64,000 bases of DNA, from positions 3,221 through 67,220 of the forward strand of contig CBFGWO010000004.1 of assembly GCA_965652595.1 (NCBI GenBank), given 5' to 3'. Origin of the DNA: an uncultured Cellvibrio sp. (GTDB lineage Bacteria > Pseudomonadota > Gammaproteobacteria > Pseudomonadales > Cellvibrionaceae). Below are positions 11,184 through 20,795 of the stretch, piece after piece. The position numbers were made by a program, and so were the translations under genes. Below the pieces are notes generated by a model. The model ran no database searches. It worked only from the letters and a program-made list of their open reading frames with translations, and was not told where the DNA came from. Position 1 is the stretch's first letter. The number at the start of each line of letters is the position of its first letter.

Positions 11184-11993
11184 ATGAGTAGAATTTCTGA
11201 ACGATTGAGCGCGGCCAAGGCCGCAGGGCGCAAAATTCTGGTGACCTACGTGGTCAATGCGGATCCCAGCCCGGAAGCGACACTGCCGACCATGAAGGCC
11301 CTGGTAGCCGCCGGTGCCGATGTCATCGAGTTGGGCGTGCCTTTTTCCGATCCTATGGCAGAGGGGCCGGTGATTCAAAAGGGGCATGAGCGCGCGTTGG
11401 TGCATGGTGCCAGCTTAAGGTCCACTCTGGATGTTGTCAGAGCTTTTCGGCAAACAGACCAGCAAACACCGCTGGTGTTGATGGGCTACGCTAACCCGGT
11501 AGAGCGTTTTGGCTACGCGGAGTTTGCGCGGGCAGCGGCCGAAGCGGGCGTGGATGGGTTGCTAACCGTCGACCTGCCACCTGAGGAAGTGCAGGACTTA
11601 AAGCGTGAGTTGGATACTGTGGGCCTGGACAATATTTTTCTATTGGCGCCCACCACCCGTCCAGAGCGGGCCAAAACTATCGCGGCTCACGCCAGTGGTT
11701 TTCTTTACTATGTTTCCCTCAAGGGGGTAACCGGTGCGGGTCACCTGGATGTGGAATCGGTGAAATCCAAGCTCGCCGAGTTTGGCGAGCTGACTGATCT
11801 ACCGGTCTGCGTAGGTTTTGGTATCAAAGATGCCGCTACCGCCAAGGCCGTTGCGCAACTGGCTGACGGTGTGGTGGTCGGTAGTGTGCTGGTTGAAAAA
11901 ATGGGCGAACTCCAAGGGCAGCATCCGGATCAAATAGCTGCTGCCGTGGGTGATATTGTCGGCAATATCCGTCAGGCATTGGACACGTTGTAG
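11184..11993 (+). CDS. trpA: Tryptophan synthase alpha chain
   Basis: 269 aa. Contains ELGVPFSDPMAEGPVIQ and GFGI motifs. Confidence 0.95.
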   Translation: MSRISERLSAAKAAGRKILVTYVVNADPSPEATLPTMKALVAAGADVIELGVPFSDPMAEGPVIQKGHERALVHGASLRSTLDVVRAFRQTDQQTPLVLMGYANPVERFGYAEFARAAAEAGVDGLLTVDLPPEEVQDLKRELDTVGLDNIFLLAPTTRPERAKTIAAHASGFLYYVSLKGVTGAGHLDVESVKSKLAEFGELTDLPVCVGFGIKDAATAKAVAQLADGVVVGSVLVEKMGELQGQHPDQIAAAVGDIVGNIRQALDTL

Positions 11994-12107
11994 TTGTCGC
12001 GAACAGACTTTTTGCATTGAGTGTCTGCGCGGATGCAGAAAGAGAAAATTCCGGGCAAATAACCCAAAAGACATAACTCAAGAGAAACAATCCAAGAGAG
12101 ACAACCC

Positions 12108-12968
12108 ATGAGTTGGTTAGAAAAAATTATTCCCAGTGTGGTGCGTTCCGAGGGCAAGCGCAGTAACAAGGTGCCGGAAGGGCTTTGGGAAAAGTGCGCC
12201 AAATGCGATGCGGTGCTGTACAAGCCGGAGCTGGAAAAGAACTTCGATGTCTGCCCCAAGTGCGACTATCATATGCGCGTTGGCGCGCGCAAGCGTCTGG
12301 ATATGTTTCTTGATCCGGAAGGTCGCCAAGAGCTGGCGACAGAGGTTGAGCCAATAGATAGGCTGAAGTTTAAAGACGTAAAAAAGTACAAGGATCGACT
12401 GACCAGCGCCCAAAAAACCACAGGTGAAAAAGATGCTCTGGTAGCCATGCGCGGCACGCTCAAGGGCATGCCGGTGGTAGCCGTGGCCTTTGAGTTTGCC
12501 TTCCACGGTGGCTCTATGGGTTATGTGGTAGGTGAACGCTTTGCCCGTGCGGCCAGCCTTGCACTTGCCGAAGATATTCCCTTGGTGTGCTTTTCCGCAA
12601 CAGGGGGCGCCCGTATGCAGGAAGCGCTGATTTCCCTGATGCAAATGGCCAAAACCAGTGCGGTGATCGAACGTCTGAAGATGCAGGGCACACCCTACAT
12701 TTCCATCATGACCGACCCGGTTTACGGCGGTGTTTCCGCCAGCCTGGCACTGCTGGGCGATATTAACGCCGCTGAACCCGGTGCTCGGGCCGGATTTGCA
12801 GGCCCCAACATTATCGAACAAACCATTCGCCAAAAATTACCCAAAGGCTTTCAGCGCAGTGAGTTCCTGTTGGAACACGGCGCCATCGATATGATCATTC
12901 ACCGACGCGACATGCGTGATAAGGTTGCAAACCTATTGGCTAAATTTACTCGCCGCGCCGCTGTCTAG
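12108..12968 (+). CDS. accD: Acetyl-CoA carboxylase carboxyltransferase beta subunit
   Basis: 286 aa. Has the Zn ribbon CAKCDAVLY...CPKCDYH and a GGSMG motif. Confidence 0.95.
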   Translation: MSWLEKIIPSVVRSEGKRSNKVPEGLWEKCAKCDAVLYKPELEKNFDVCPKCDYHMRVGARKRLDMFLDPEGRQELATEVEPIDRLKFKDVKKYKDRLTSAQKTTGEKDALVAMRGTLKGMPVVAVAFEFAFHGGSMGYVVGERFARAASLALAEDIPLVCFSATGGARMQEALISLMQMAKTSAVIERLKMQGTPYISIMTDPVYGGVSASLALLGDINAAEPGARAGFAGPNIIEQTIRQKLPKGFQRSEFLLEHGAIDMIIHRRDMRDKVANLLAKFTRRAAV

Positions 12969-12976
12969 CGGCGTTT

Positions 12977-14260
12977 TTGCTCATGCAATTTGACAGTCTT
13001 GACCAATGGTTGGCCTGGCTTGAACAGGCCCATCCCCGTGAAATAGACCTGGGGCTGGAGCGAATCCGCCAGGTTGCTGAAAAAATGGGGCTGCTCCGTC
13101 CGAGCGCACGGGTGGTCACAGTGGCGGGCACCAATGGCAAGGGCTCCTGTGTTGCCGCTGTAGCGGCACTGGCAACCGCCACAGGTTTGCGCGTTGGTGT
13201 CTATACCTCTCCTCATTTGCTCCATTACAACGAGCGCATCAGCGTTTGCGGCCAGCCTGCCAGTGATCAGCGAATCTGCACCGCGTTTTCACGTATTCAT
13301 GCCGCAGCGGACGGCATCAGTCTTACCTACTTTGAATACGGCACCCTTGCAGCGCTGGAGATTTTTCAGGCAGAAGCGCTGGATCTGTGGGTGCTGGAAG
13401 TGGGCTTGGGCGGCAGGCTCGATGCGGTCAATCTGATTGATGCCGATATTGCGGTGGTCACCAGTATCGATCTGGATCATCAGGACTGGCTGGGCGACAC
13501 TCGCGAGGCCATTGGTCGCGAAAAAATCGGTATTGCCCGCGCAGGGCGTCCCGTGGTTTGCGCCGATCCCAATCCTCCCTCCAGTCTTTGTGCCAGGGTG
13601 GCAGAGTTGAATGCTCCTGAATACTTTTTAGATAAGGCATTTGGCTGGTCCCAGGGAGACGCCGGTTGGCGCTGGTGGGGCACGAGTGCAACGGGGCAAA
13701 CGCGCTCGCTGGACGATCTACCCTTGTCGTCATTACCTCTACCCAGCATGGCGGCCGCTATACAGGTCGCCCATGTGCTTTCACTTGACTTAACCCATGC
13801 TCAGATCAGTCATGTCTTGGGAGAGCTGCAACTTCCCGGACGCTTCCAACAGCTTGAATATCAGGGCAGGAGGCTGATTCTGGATGTGGCTCACAACCCG
13901 GCGGCAGGGCGCTATCTCGCTGAACGGCTTAAAGCCTTTCCAGTCAAAGGGCGCGTGAGCGCGCTGGTGGCGATGATGGCGGATAAGGATAGGCGTGAAA
14001 CTCTTGCAGCCCTGGTTCCCTGGGTTGATAACTGGTTTGCGGTATCGCTGCCGGTGACGAGAGCAGCAACGGCCGATCAGCTCAAAGTGGATCTTGCCGA
14101 GTTGGGCGTTCAGCTGGCGGGTCAAGGCACTATGGCAGAGTGTCTCGCGGCTGCGGTAGCCGCAACTGAGGCAGATGAAACCCTGGTGATCTGGGGTTCT
14201 TTTTACACGGTGGCGGCAGCCTTGGCGCAGCTGGCACCAGCATCCGGGAGGCAGCTATGA
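12977..14260 (+). CDS. folC: Bifunctional folylpolyglutamate synthase / dihydrofolate synthase
   Basis: 427 aa. Has the VAGTNGKGS P-loop and the Mur-ligase-like layout. The accD-folC-dedD-cvpA-purF order is conserved. Confidence 0.92.
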   Translation: MLMQFDSLDQWLAWLEQAHPREIDLGLERIRQVAEKMGLLRPSARVVTVAGTNGKGSCVAAVAALATATGLRVGVYTSPHLLHYNERISVCGQPASDQRICTAFSRIHAAADGISLTYFEYGTLAALEIFQAEALDLWVLEVGLGGRLDAVNLIDADIAVVTSIDLDHQDWLGDTREAIGREKIGIARAGRPVVCADPNPPSSLCARVAELNAPEYFLDKAFGWSQGDAGWRWWGTSATGQTRSLDDLPLSSLPLPSMAAAIQVAHVLSLDLTHAQISHVLGELQLPGRFQQLEYQGRRLILDVAHNPAAGRYLAERLKAFPVKGRVSALVAMMADKDRRETLAALVPWVDNWFAVSLPVTRAATADQLKVDLAELGVQLAGQGTMAECLAAAVAATEADETLVIWGSFYTVAAALAQLAPASGRQL

Positions 14261-14853
14261 GAGAGGGTTTGAAGCAACGCCTGATTGGTGCGTTTGTCCT
14301 CGTCGCTTTAGGCGTAATTTTTCTTCCTGGCTTTTTTAAGGATCAGGGCGATCAAACGCTGGATATACGCACTCGCATTCCCGATCAGCCGCGCATAGAA
14401 ACCGTCGAATTTGCGCTACCTGAGGCGGATGTGGCTGTGGAGCCCGCACCGCCGCCGGAAACCATGTTTCTGCCTGCAGATGCCCCGACAGAGGCTTCCT
14501 CGACGGATGCCGCTTCCGAAAGTCACTCATCGTCGGCGCCGGCAGAGCAGCCCTCTGAGCAGCCCCAGACCTTGGCCGGGGTGCCGGAACTTGCGCTCAA
14601 CGATAAAGGCTTGCCCGATGCCTGGATTATTCAGGTGGCGAGCCTCGGCAATCGGGACGCCGCTGTTAGGTTGCGTGATCAATTGCAGGCTGAGGGGCAT
14701 CGCGCATTTCTGCGTGAGACTGAGACAGATGCAGGGCGCTTTAATCGCGTATTGATTGGTCCAAAGATTGATCGTGCCGAGGCGGAGGCTATCAAGCGCA
14801 AAATCGATGCTCAGTTTAAAGTCAATGCGCAAATACGACGATTTGAACCCTGA
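14257..14853 (+). CDS. dedD: SPOR-domain cell-division protein (DedD-like)
   Basis: 198 aa. Has an N-terminal TM helix, a Pro/Ser/Ala-rich linker and a C-terminal SPOR-like region (WIIQVASLGNRDAAVRLRDQL...RVLIGP). The start overlaps the folC stop as ATGA. Confidence 0.75.
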   Translation: MREGLKQRLIGAFVLVALGVIFLPGFFKDQGDQTLDIRTRIPDQPRIETVEFALPEADVAVEPAPPPETMFLPADAPTEASSTDAASESHSSSAPAEQPSEQPQTLAGVPELALNDKGLPDAWIIQVASLGNRDAAVRLRDQLQAEGHRAFLRETETDAGRFNRVLIGPKIDRAEAEAIKRKIDAQFKVNAQIRRFEP

Positions 14854-14923
14854 TGTTGGGGTATCTGGGTCGCGGCTGCTCTGCTAAAATGCGGCTCCCC
14901 TCAAATCCGGAGGCATGCTACGC

Positions 14924-15421
14924 ATGAATTGGGCCGATTGGACCATAGTTGCTATTCTGGTTCTGTCCGCGTTGATCAGCGTCAAGCGGGGTTTTGTCAG
15001 GGAAGCCCTCTCTCTTGCCACCTGGGTCGCAGCCATTCTTGTCGCCATGATTTTTGGTGGACGCCTGGCAATTTTACTGGTTGATCACATTGATACGCCC
15101 TCACTGCGAGAATTGGTGGCGTTTACGCTTTTATTCGTGGGAACCCTGCTGGTTGGGGCGCTGGTTAATTACGTCATCAGCACCCTGGTAAAAGTCACTG
15201 GCCTTTCGGGTACAGATCGGCTATTGGGTATGTGTTTTGGCCTGGCGCGGGGCGCGATCATTGTTATGGCGCTGCTTATTTTCTTGCCGGGATTGATTTC
15301 TGTTCAGGAAGATAGTTGGTGGCAGCAGTCGCAGTTAATTCCCGGCTTTTTGGAGTTTGAATCGCGTGCGCGCGAACTGGGTTCGGATACCCTCGGTTTT
15401 TTCAAGGGGCTTTTATCCTGA
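14924..15421 (+). CDS. cvpA: Colicin V production membrane protein CvpA
   Basis: MNWADWTIVAILVLSALISVKRGFVREALSL matches the CvpA N-terminus. I chose the ATG at 14924 because GGAGG lies 10 nt upstream, whereas the ORF-track ATG at 14915 is only 1 nt from that SD. Confidence 0.88.
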   Translation: MNWADWTIVAILVLSALISVKRGFVREALSLATWVAAILVAMIFGGRLAILLVDHIDTPSLRELVAFTLLFVGTLLVGALVNYVISTLVKVTGLSGTDRLLGMCFGLARGAIIVMALLIFLPGLISVQEDSWWQQSQLIPGFLEFESRARELGSDTLGFFKGLLS

Positions 15422-15500
15422 GGGTTTAGCCTGAAGAGTGAAGCCCCGGTATTTTTTCCGCGTAAAGCATCCGGTATTTCGGCAAAAAAGGTAGGTAAGT

Positions 15501-17027
15501 ATGTGTGGCATTGTTGGTATTGTGGGTAAGCGCGATGTCAATCTGCAGTTGTATGATGCGTTAACCATATTGCAACACCGCGGACAGGATGCCGCCGGCA
15601 TAGTCACCTGCCAGGACGGGCGCTTGGCGCAACAAAAAGCCAACGGTCTGGTGCAGGACGTGTTTCGCACCCGTCATATGCAGCGGTTGCTGGGCAATAT
15701 CGGTATAGGCCATGTGCGCTATCCCACTGCCGGTAGTTCCGGTCCTGCGCTGGCGCAACCCTTCTATGTGAACTCTCCTTACGGCATTGCTCTGGCTCAC
15801 AACGGCAATCTCACCAACGCCGACAAGCTCGGTGAAGATCTTTTCAAAACGGATCTACGTCACGTCAACACAGATTCGGATTCAGAAGTCTTGCTCAATG
15901 TTTTCGCGCACGAGTTGCAACTGCAAGGCAAATTGCAGCCCACGCCAGAGGATATTTTTTCGGCGGTGACCGGTGTGCACAATCGCGTGACGGGTGGATA
16001 TGCCGTGGTTGCCTTGATTGCGCGCTATGGTTTGATTGCCTTTCGCGATCCTAACGGCATACGCCCACTGGTATACGGCAAGCGCGAAGGTGAGGCGGGC
16101 GTGGAATATATGGTGGCTTCTGAGAGCGTGGCGCTTGATGTGCTGGGCTTTGATTTGATCGATGATGTAGCTCCCGGAGAAGCCATCTATATCACTGTTG
16201 ATGGTGACTTGTATCGTCGTCAGTGTGCAAAAAGCTCGCGGCTTGCCCCCTGTATTTTTGAGCACGTGTATTTCGCGCGGCCCGATTCTATTATGGACGG
16301 CATTTCTGTTTACAAGGCGCGTTTGCGTCAGGGCGAGAAACTGGCGGACAAAATTTTGCGCGAACGTCCGCAGCACGACATCGACGTGGTCATCCCCATC
16401 CCCGATTCCAGTCGTGTTGCCGGTCAGGCGTTGGCCCAGCGTTTGGGCGTCAAGTTTCGCGAAGGTCTGGTAAAAAACCGCTACATCGGCCGAACCTTTA
16501 TTATGCCTGGCCAACAACAGCGTAAAAAATCTGTTCGCCAAAAGCTCAATCCGATTGAATTGGAGTTCAAAGGCAAAAATGTGTTGTTGGTCGACGATTC
16601 TATTGTGCGCGGTACCACCTGCCAACAAATTATCCAAATGGCACGGGATGCAGGTGCCAAGAAAGTGTATTTCGCCTCAGCTGCGCCGGCGGTAAAGTAT
16701 CCCAACGTTTACGGCATAGATATGCCTACGGCATCGGAGCTGATTGCCCATGGTCGTACCCATGATGAAGTCTGTCGCGAGATAGGTGCAGATTGGTTGA
16801 TCTATCAGGATCTTGAAGATCTGATTGCCGCCTCCGCCGAGGGCAATAGCAAAGTCACCCGGTTTGATTGTTCAGTGTTTACCGGCGAGTACATTACCGG
16901 TGAAGTCTCGCAGGAATATCTGGATCGCCTGGCGCAGGCGCGCAATGAAAACACCCGTGCGGGTAAAAAGTCGGGCAAGCCGGAAGATACTCTGATTGGT
17001 TTGCACAATGGTGCGGCTAACGGCTAA
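15501..17027 (+). CDS. purF: Amidophosphoribosyltransferase
   Basis: 508 aa. Has the [10 protein letters not shown]-terminal nucleophile and the PRT motif [13 protein letters not shown]. Confidence 0.97.
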   Translation: MCGIVGIVGKRDVNLQLYDALTILQHRGQDAAGIVTCQDGRLAQQKANGLVQDVFRTRHMQRLLGNIGIGHVRYPTAGSSGPALAQPFYVNSPYGIALAHNGNLTNADKLGEDLFKTDLRHVNTDSDSEVLLNVFAHELQLQGKLQPTPEDIFSAVTGVHNRVTGGYAVVALIARYGLIAFRDPNGIRPLVYGKREGEAGVEYMVASESVALDVLGFDLIDDVAPGEAIYITVDGDLYRRQCAKSSRLAPCIFEHVYFARPDSIMDGISVYKARLRQGEKLADKILRERPQHDIDVVIPIPDSSRVAGQALAQRLGVKFREGLVKNRYIGRTFIMPGQQQRKKSVRQKLNPIELEFKGKNVLLVDDSIVRGTTCQQIIQMARDAGAKKVYFASAAPAVKYPNVYGIDMPTASELIAHGRTHDEVCREIGADWLIYQDLEDLIAASAEGNSKVTRFDCSVFTGEYITGEVSQEYLDRLAQARNENTRAGKKSGKPEDTLIGLHNGAANG

Positions 17028-17060
17028 GCTCAGGATTCGCACACTGTTAAGGATTCCAGC

Positions 17061-18257
17061 ATGAAGTCTACCGATGATCCACTGGGCCAAGCCCATCTGG
17101 ATACACTGGCTATTCGCGCCGGTCAAAGGCGCACCGCCGAGGGTGAGCACAGCGAAGCGCTGTTTCTCACCTCGAGTTATGTGTTTGCCAGCGCCGAAGA
17201 AGCCGCGCGTCGCTTTAATGGTGAGCAGCCGGGCAATGTCTATTCACGCTACACCAATCCCACCGTCAGAAACTTCGAAGAGCGCATAGCGGCGCTTGAA
17301 GGCGCTGAGTCAGCCGTTGGTACCGCCTCGGGCATGGCGGCCATTCTCAGCACCTGTATGGCGCTGTTGAAAGCCGGTGACCACCTTCTGTGCTCGCGTA
17401 GTGTTTTCGGAACCACCAACGTACTTTTGAATAAATTTATGCAAAAGTTTGGGGTTTCCACCACCTTTGTGGCGCCCACCGACTATGCTGCCTGGGAAGC
17501 GGGTTTCACACCCAATACGCGGATGCTATTTATCGAAACCCCCTCCAACCCGCTGTGCGATGTGTTGGATATTCAGCGTCTGGCCGATTTGGCTCATGCT
17601 CACGGTGCACTCCTGGTGGTGGATAACTGCTTTTGCACGCCTGCACTACAACAGCCATTGAAATTTGGCGCTGACCTGATTATTCACTCGGCGACCAAAT
17701 ACATTGATGGTCAGGGTCGCTGCCTGGGTGGAGTGGTGGCAGGGCCAAAAAACCTGGTGGATGAAGTCCTGGGTTTTGTGCGCAGTGCCGGCCCAAGTAT
17801 GAGTCCCTTTAATGCATGGGTATTTCTCAAAGGCTTGGAGACCCTGCGCTTGCGGATGGATGCCCATTCGCGGAACGCCCAGGCCTTGGCCGAGTGGCTC
17901 GTCGCCCAGCCGTCGGTAGAAAAAGTCTTTTATGCAGGCTTGCCAGATCATCCCGACCATGAGTTGGCACGGCGACAGCAGCGCGGCTTTGGTGGAGTTC
18001 TTTCGTTCCGCGTAAAAGGTGGGCGAGAAGAGGCCTGGAAGGTGATAGATGGGACACGCATCCTATCGCTTACGGCTAATCTTGGAGATACCAAGACCAC
18101 CATTGTGCATCCGGCAACGACAACCCACGGGCGGCTAACGCCTGAACAAAAATTGGAAGCTGGTATCACCGAAAACCTGATTCGAATTGCGGTTGGCTTG
18201 GAAGACATTGCTGATCTGCAAGCCGATCTCGCATTAGGTCTTTCGGCGATTAACTAG
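17061..18257 (+). CDS. metZ: O-succinylhomoserine sulfhydrylase (Cys/Met-metabolism PLP enzyme)
   Basis: 398 aa. Has the PLP-lysine region HSATKYIDGQG. It lies after purF, as in Pseudomonas. Confidence 0.85.
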   Translation: MKSTDDPLGQAHLDTLAIRAGQRRTAEGEHSEALFLTSSYVFASAEEAARRFNGEQPGNVYSRYTNPTVRNFEERIAALEGAESAVGTASGMAAILSTCMALLKAGDHLLCSRSVFGTTNVLLNKFMQKFGVSTTFVAPTDYAAWEAGFTPNTRMLFIETPSNPLCDVLDIQRLADLAHAHGALLVVDNCFCTPALQQPLKFGADLIIHSATKYIDGQGRCLGGVVAGPKNLVDEVLGFVRSAGPSMSPFNAWVFLKGLETLRLRMDAHSRNAQALAEWLVAQPSVEKVFYAGLPDHPDHELARRQQRGFGGVLSFRVKGGREEAWKVIDGTRILSLTANLGDTKTTIVHPATTTHGRLTPEQKLEAGITENLIRIAVGLEDIADLQADLALGLSAIN

Positions 18258-18299
18258 ATGCTGTTGCTCGGTGAGCTAGCGGCCGTTTGAGGTAAGTAG

Positions 18300-19223
18300 A
18301 TGCGCGATTTTGTTGAAACCATCAGCAATGAGGTGGGCAGGGTTTTATTGGGCAAGGAGGAGCAAATTCACCTGGCCCTGGCTTGTTTGTTGGCTGACGG
18401 CCACCTGCTTATTGAAGATCTACCTGGTATGGGAAAAACCACCTTGGCCCAAGCGCTGGCGCGTGTTTTTGGTCTGAGCTACCAACGCATCCAATTTACC
18501 AGTGATCTGCTGCCAGCGGATATTCTGGGTGTGTCTGTGTTCGATGCGCAAAATGCCTCGTTCAATTTTCATCCCGGGCCGGTGTTTACCCAGCTGTTGT
18601 TGGCAGACGAAATCAACCGCACCACACCCAAAACCCAAAGTGCGTTACTTGAGGCCATGGAGGAGCGCCAGGTGACCATCGAGGGTGAAACCCGCAAGTT
18701 GCAGCAACCCTTCTTTGTCATTGCCACCCAAAACCCCCAATCACAAATGGGTACCTATCCCCTGCCTGAGTCTCAACTGGATCGCTTTTTAATGCGCATC
18801 AGTCTCGGCTACCCCCACGCAGATGCGGAGAAGCAGTTATTTCTTGGCGGCGATCCTCGCCGCTATCTGGATCAATTGCGCGTATGCATGCCGCCAGAAA
18901 AGCTGTTGGTTGCGCGGGACGCGATTAACAAGGTAAAGACGTCGGATTCACTCATCGATTACCTACAGCGCTTGATTCACACCACGCGCAGCGATACAGA
19001 TTTTCCTTATGGACTATCGCCGCGCGGTGCTATGGCATTGTTGCGCGCCGCTAAAACCTGGGCCTTTATGCAGGGCAGGGCCTATGTGATTCCGGAGGAT
19101 ATCCAAAAACTTTTGCCTGTCGTGGTTGCCCACCGAATTGCGCCCGGCTCCAGTTGTCGTGATCAGGCAGAGCACCCGCTAATCGTGAAGTTGCTGACGC
19201 AGGTGGATGTGATCGGCAGTTAA
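18300..19223 (+). CDS. MoxR-family AAA+ ATPase
   Basis: 307 aa. Has Walker A GMGKT, Walker B LLADEINR and the FFVIATQNP...LPESQLDRF MoxR signature. Confidence 0.9.
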   Translation: MRDFVETISNEVGRVLLGKEEQIHLALACLLADGHLLIEDLPGMGKTTLAQALARVFGLSYQRIQFTSDLLPADILGVSVFDAQNASFNFHPGPVFTQLLLADEINRTTPKTQSALLEAMEERQVTIEGETRKLQQPFFVIATQNPQSQMGTYPLPESQLDRFLMRISLGYPHADAEKQLFLGGDPRRYLDQLRVCMPPEKLLVARDAINKVKTSDSLIDYLQRLIHTTRSDTDFPYGLSPRGAMALLRAAKTWAFMQGRAYVIPEDIQKLLPVVVAHRIAPGSSCRDQAEHPLIVKLLTQVDVIGS

Positions 19224-19255
19224 GGTACCCTGAGCACAGGGCACCATGGTTTGTG

Positions 19256-19795
19256 TTAACGGAGTAAGGACAGAAACTCGGTGCGTGTCGCTTGATTACT
19301 GCGAAAACAACCCAGCATCGCCGAAGTTTTCATAGAAGAGTTCTGCTTTTCAACGCCGCGCATCATCATGCACATGTGCTTGGCTTCTATAATGACTCCA
19401 ACACCTGAAGCACCGGTAATCTGCTGGATGGATTCGGCGATTTGCACCGTCAGCTGTTCTTGAATTTGTAGGCGACGGGCGTACATATCAACAATCCGCG
19501 CCACCTTGGACAACCCCAGCACCTTGCCAGTCGGTATGTAGGCCACATGAGCCTTGCCAATAAACGGGAGCAGGTGATGTTCGCAGAGCGAATACAGCTC
19601 TATATCTTTCACCATAATCATTTCGCTGGAATCTGAGGGGAAGAGCGCACCATTGACCACATCGTCCAGTGTTTGTTGATAGCCCCGGGTCAAAAACTGA
19701 AAGGCTTTGGCGGCGCGCGCTGGTGTATCCAGTAGGCCGGGACGATTGAGATCCTCACCAATCCCGGCAATGATCTTCGCGAACTCTTCTTGCAT
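19256..19795 (-). CDS. folE: GTP cyclohydrolase I (FolE type 1)
   Basis: 179 aa. Contains the LCEHHLLPF and HMCMMMRGV motifs. Confidence 0.94.
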   Translation of the reverse strand: MQEEFAKIIAGIGEDLNRPGLLDTPARAAKAFQFLTRGYQQTLDDVVNGALFPSDSSEMIMVKDIELYSLCEHHLLPFIGKAHVAYIPTGKVLGLSKVARIVDMYARRLQIQEQLTVQIAESIQQITGASGVGVIIEAKHMCMMMRGVEKQNSSMKTSAMLGCFRSNQATRTEFLSLLR

Positions 19796-19956
19796 GACAA
19801 TTCCTCAGTGTATAAATGCGTTCTAAACCCGGTAAAAAAAGGCGTGCAGTTTAACACAGGTGCTTGATGTGGCAGGTTTTTTTGCCGGGGGGCTTGTCTG
19901 GGGCGGAACGGCTTGATAAAGTGCGCGCCCTGTCGATCCGTTGTGGTTGACTCCCC

Positions 19957-20033
19957 AGGACTATAGCTCAGTTGGTTAGAGCACCACCTTGACATGGTGG
20001 GGGTCAGCAGTTCGAGTCTGCTTAGTCCTACCA
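19957..20033 (+). tRNA. tRNA-Val (anticodon GAC)
   Basis: A hand-folded 77-nt cloverleaf. Acceptor stem AGGACTA/TAGTCCT, D arm GCTC-AGTTGGTTA-GAGC, anticodon arm CCACC-TTGACAT-GGTGG, T arm AGCAG-TTCGAGT-CTGCT, with an encoded CCA end. Confidence 0.93.
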
Positions 20034-20038
20034 AATCC

Positions 20039-20066
20039 AAAAAAGCCGCTTTTCAGCGGCTTTTTT
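20039..20066. terminator. Bidirectional intrinsic terminator (tRNA-Val / convergent OMP gene)
   Basis: AAAAAA-GCCGCT-TTTC-AGCGGC-TTTTTT. The stem is flanked by an A run on one side and a T run on the other. Confidence 0.85.
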
Positions 20067-20084
20067 ATTTTCGGCGTTTGATAC

Positions 20085-20591
20085 CTAAAACTGGTAGCCA
20101 AGACTAAATTGGGCGAAGCCAACCTCATCGCCCTCAAACTCCGAAGCTATGCTTTCCAGCTTCAGGTATAAGGTGCTCTGATGCTTGATCGGATAAAAGG
20201 TGACACCAATCCCCAGCGCCAAATCAGAGTCAGAAATACGCTCATCCCAGTAACGATCTTCTTCGGTCGCATTGTAAATACCGGCTTTCCCGTAGAGTCT
20301 TACCCAGGATGTATTGAAGGTATGGCCTAGATTGACGCCGACATAGGTAGATTCAATGCGAATGTCTTCATCCTCACGCATTTTGGTTTTGGCATATTTC
20401 AGGTCTAGGCCAACAATTTCATTGAAATAATAGCCAGCTTCGATCATTGAGCCGCGAGTGTCGCAAAAATCGCCGCAGTCGTCATTGACGGTGACCGCGC
20501 GGCCCGCGCCAACAAAGAATCCCTGGTTGTCCATTGCCGTGGCTGATGAGGTTGCCGCCAGGGCGCAGAGCAAGAGGAGGGGCTTTTTCAT
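20085..20591 (-). CDS. Small outer-membrane beta-barrel protein (OmpA-like TM / porin family)
   Basis: 168 aa. Has the signal peptide MKKPLLLLCALAATSSATA, alternating amphipathic strands and a C-terminal ...SLGYQF with terminal Phe. Confidence 0.75.
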   Translation of the reverse strand: MKKPLLLLCALAATSSATAMDNQGFFVGAGRAVTVNDDCGDFCDTRGSMIEAGYYFNEIVGLDLKYAKTKMREDEDIRIESTYVGVNLGHTFNTSWVRLYGKAGIYNATEEDRYWDERISDSDLALGIGVTFYPIKHQSTLYLKLESIASEFEGDEVGFAQFSLGYQF

Positions 20592-20720
20592 AGAGGTTTC
20601 CTTTCGTAGGGTTAGACAACCCGGCTACTTTAACATGTAAGCGGGTGAGGTTACCCTTCGACCCTATCACTCTGGCGCTGGATTCTGCTACTCGGTACCC
20701 CGCTTCGTGAAAACAGCCCC

Positions 20721-20748
20721 CTTGAAATCACATTTGCTGACCCCATGA
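20721..20748 (+). promoter_or_regulatory. Sigma-32 (RpoH) heat-shock promoter of htpG
   Basis: CCCCCTTGAAA, a 13-nt spacer, then CCCCATGA. This matches the CTTGAAA-N13-15-CCCCATNT consensus and lies about 50 nt upstream of the htpG ATG. Confidence 0.85.
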
Positions 20749-20795
20749 TGGACAGCATTTGAATACCAAGAGACCCGCTTATCAGGAGCCATACC

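Noticed and set aside
20665-20675. The 11-mer TATCACTCTGG occurs upstream of both the OMP gene and the 105-aa acidic ORF (second copy at 23575-23585).
   Set aside because: Thousands of chance 11-mer coincidences are expected among all position pairs in a 64-kb window. There is no extended similarity around the match.
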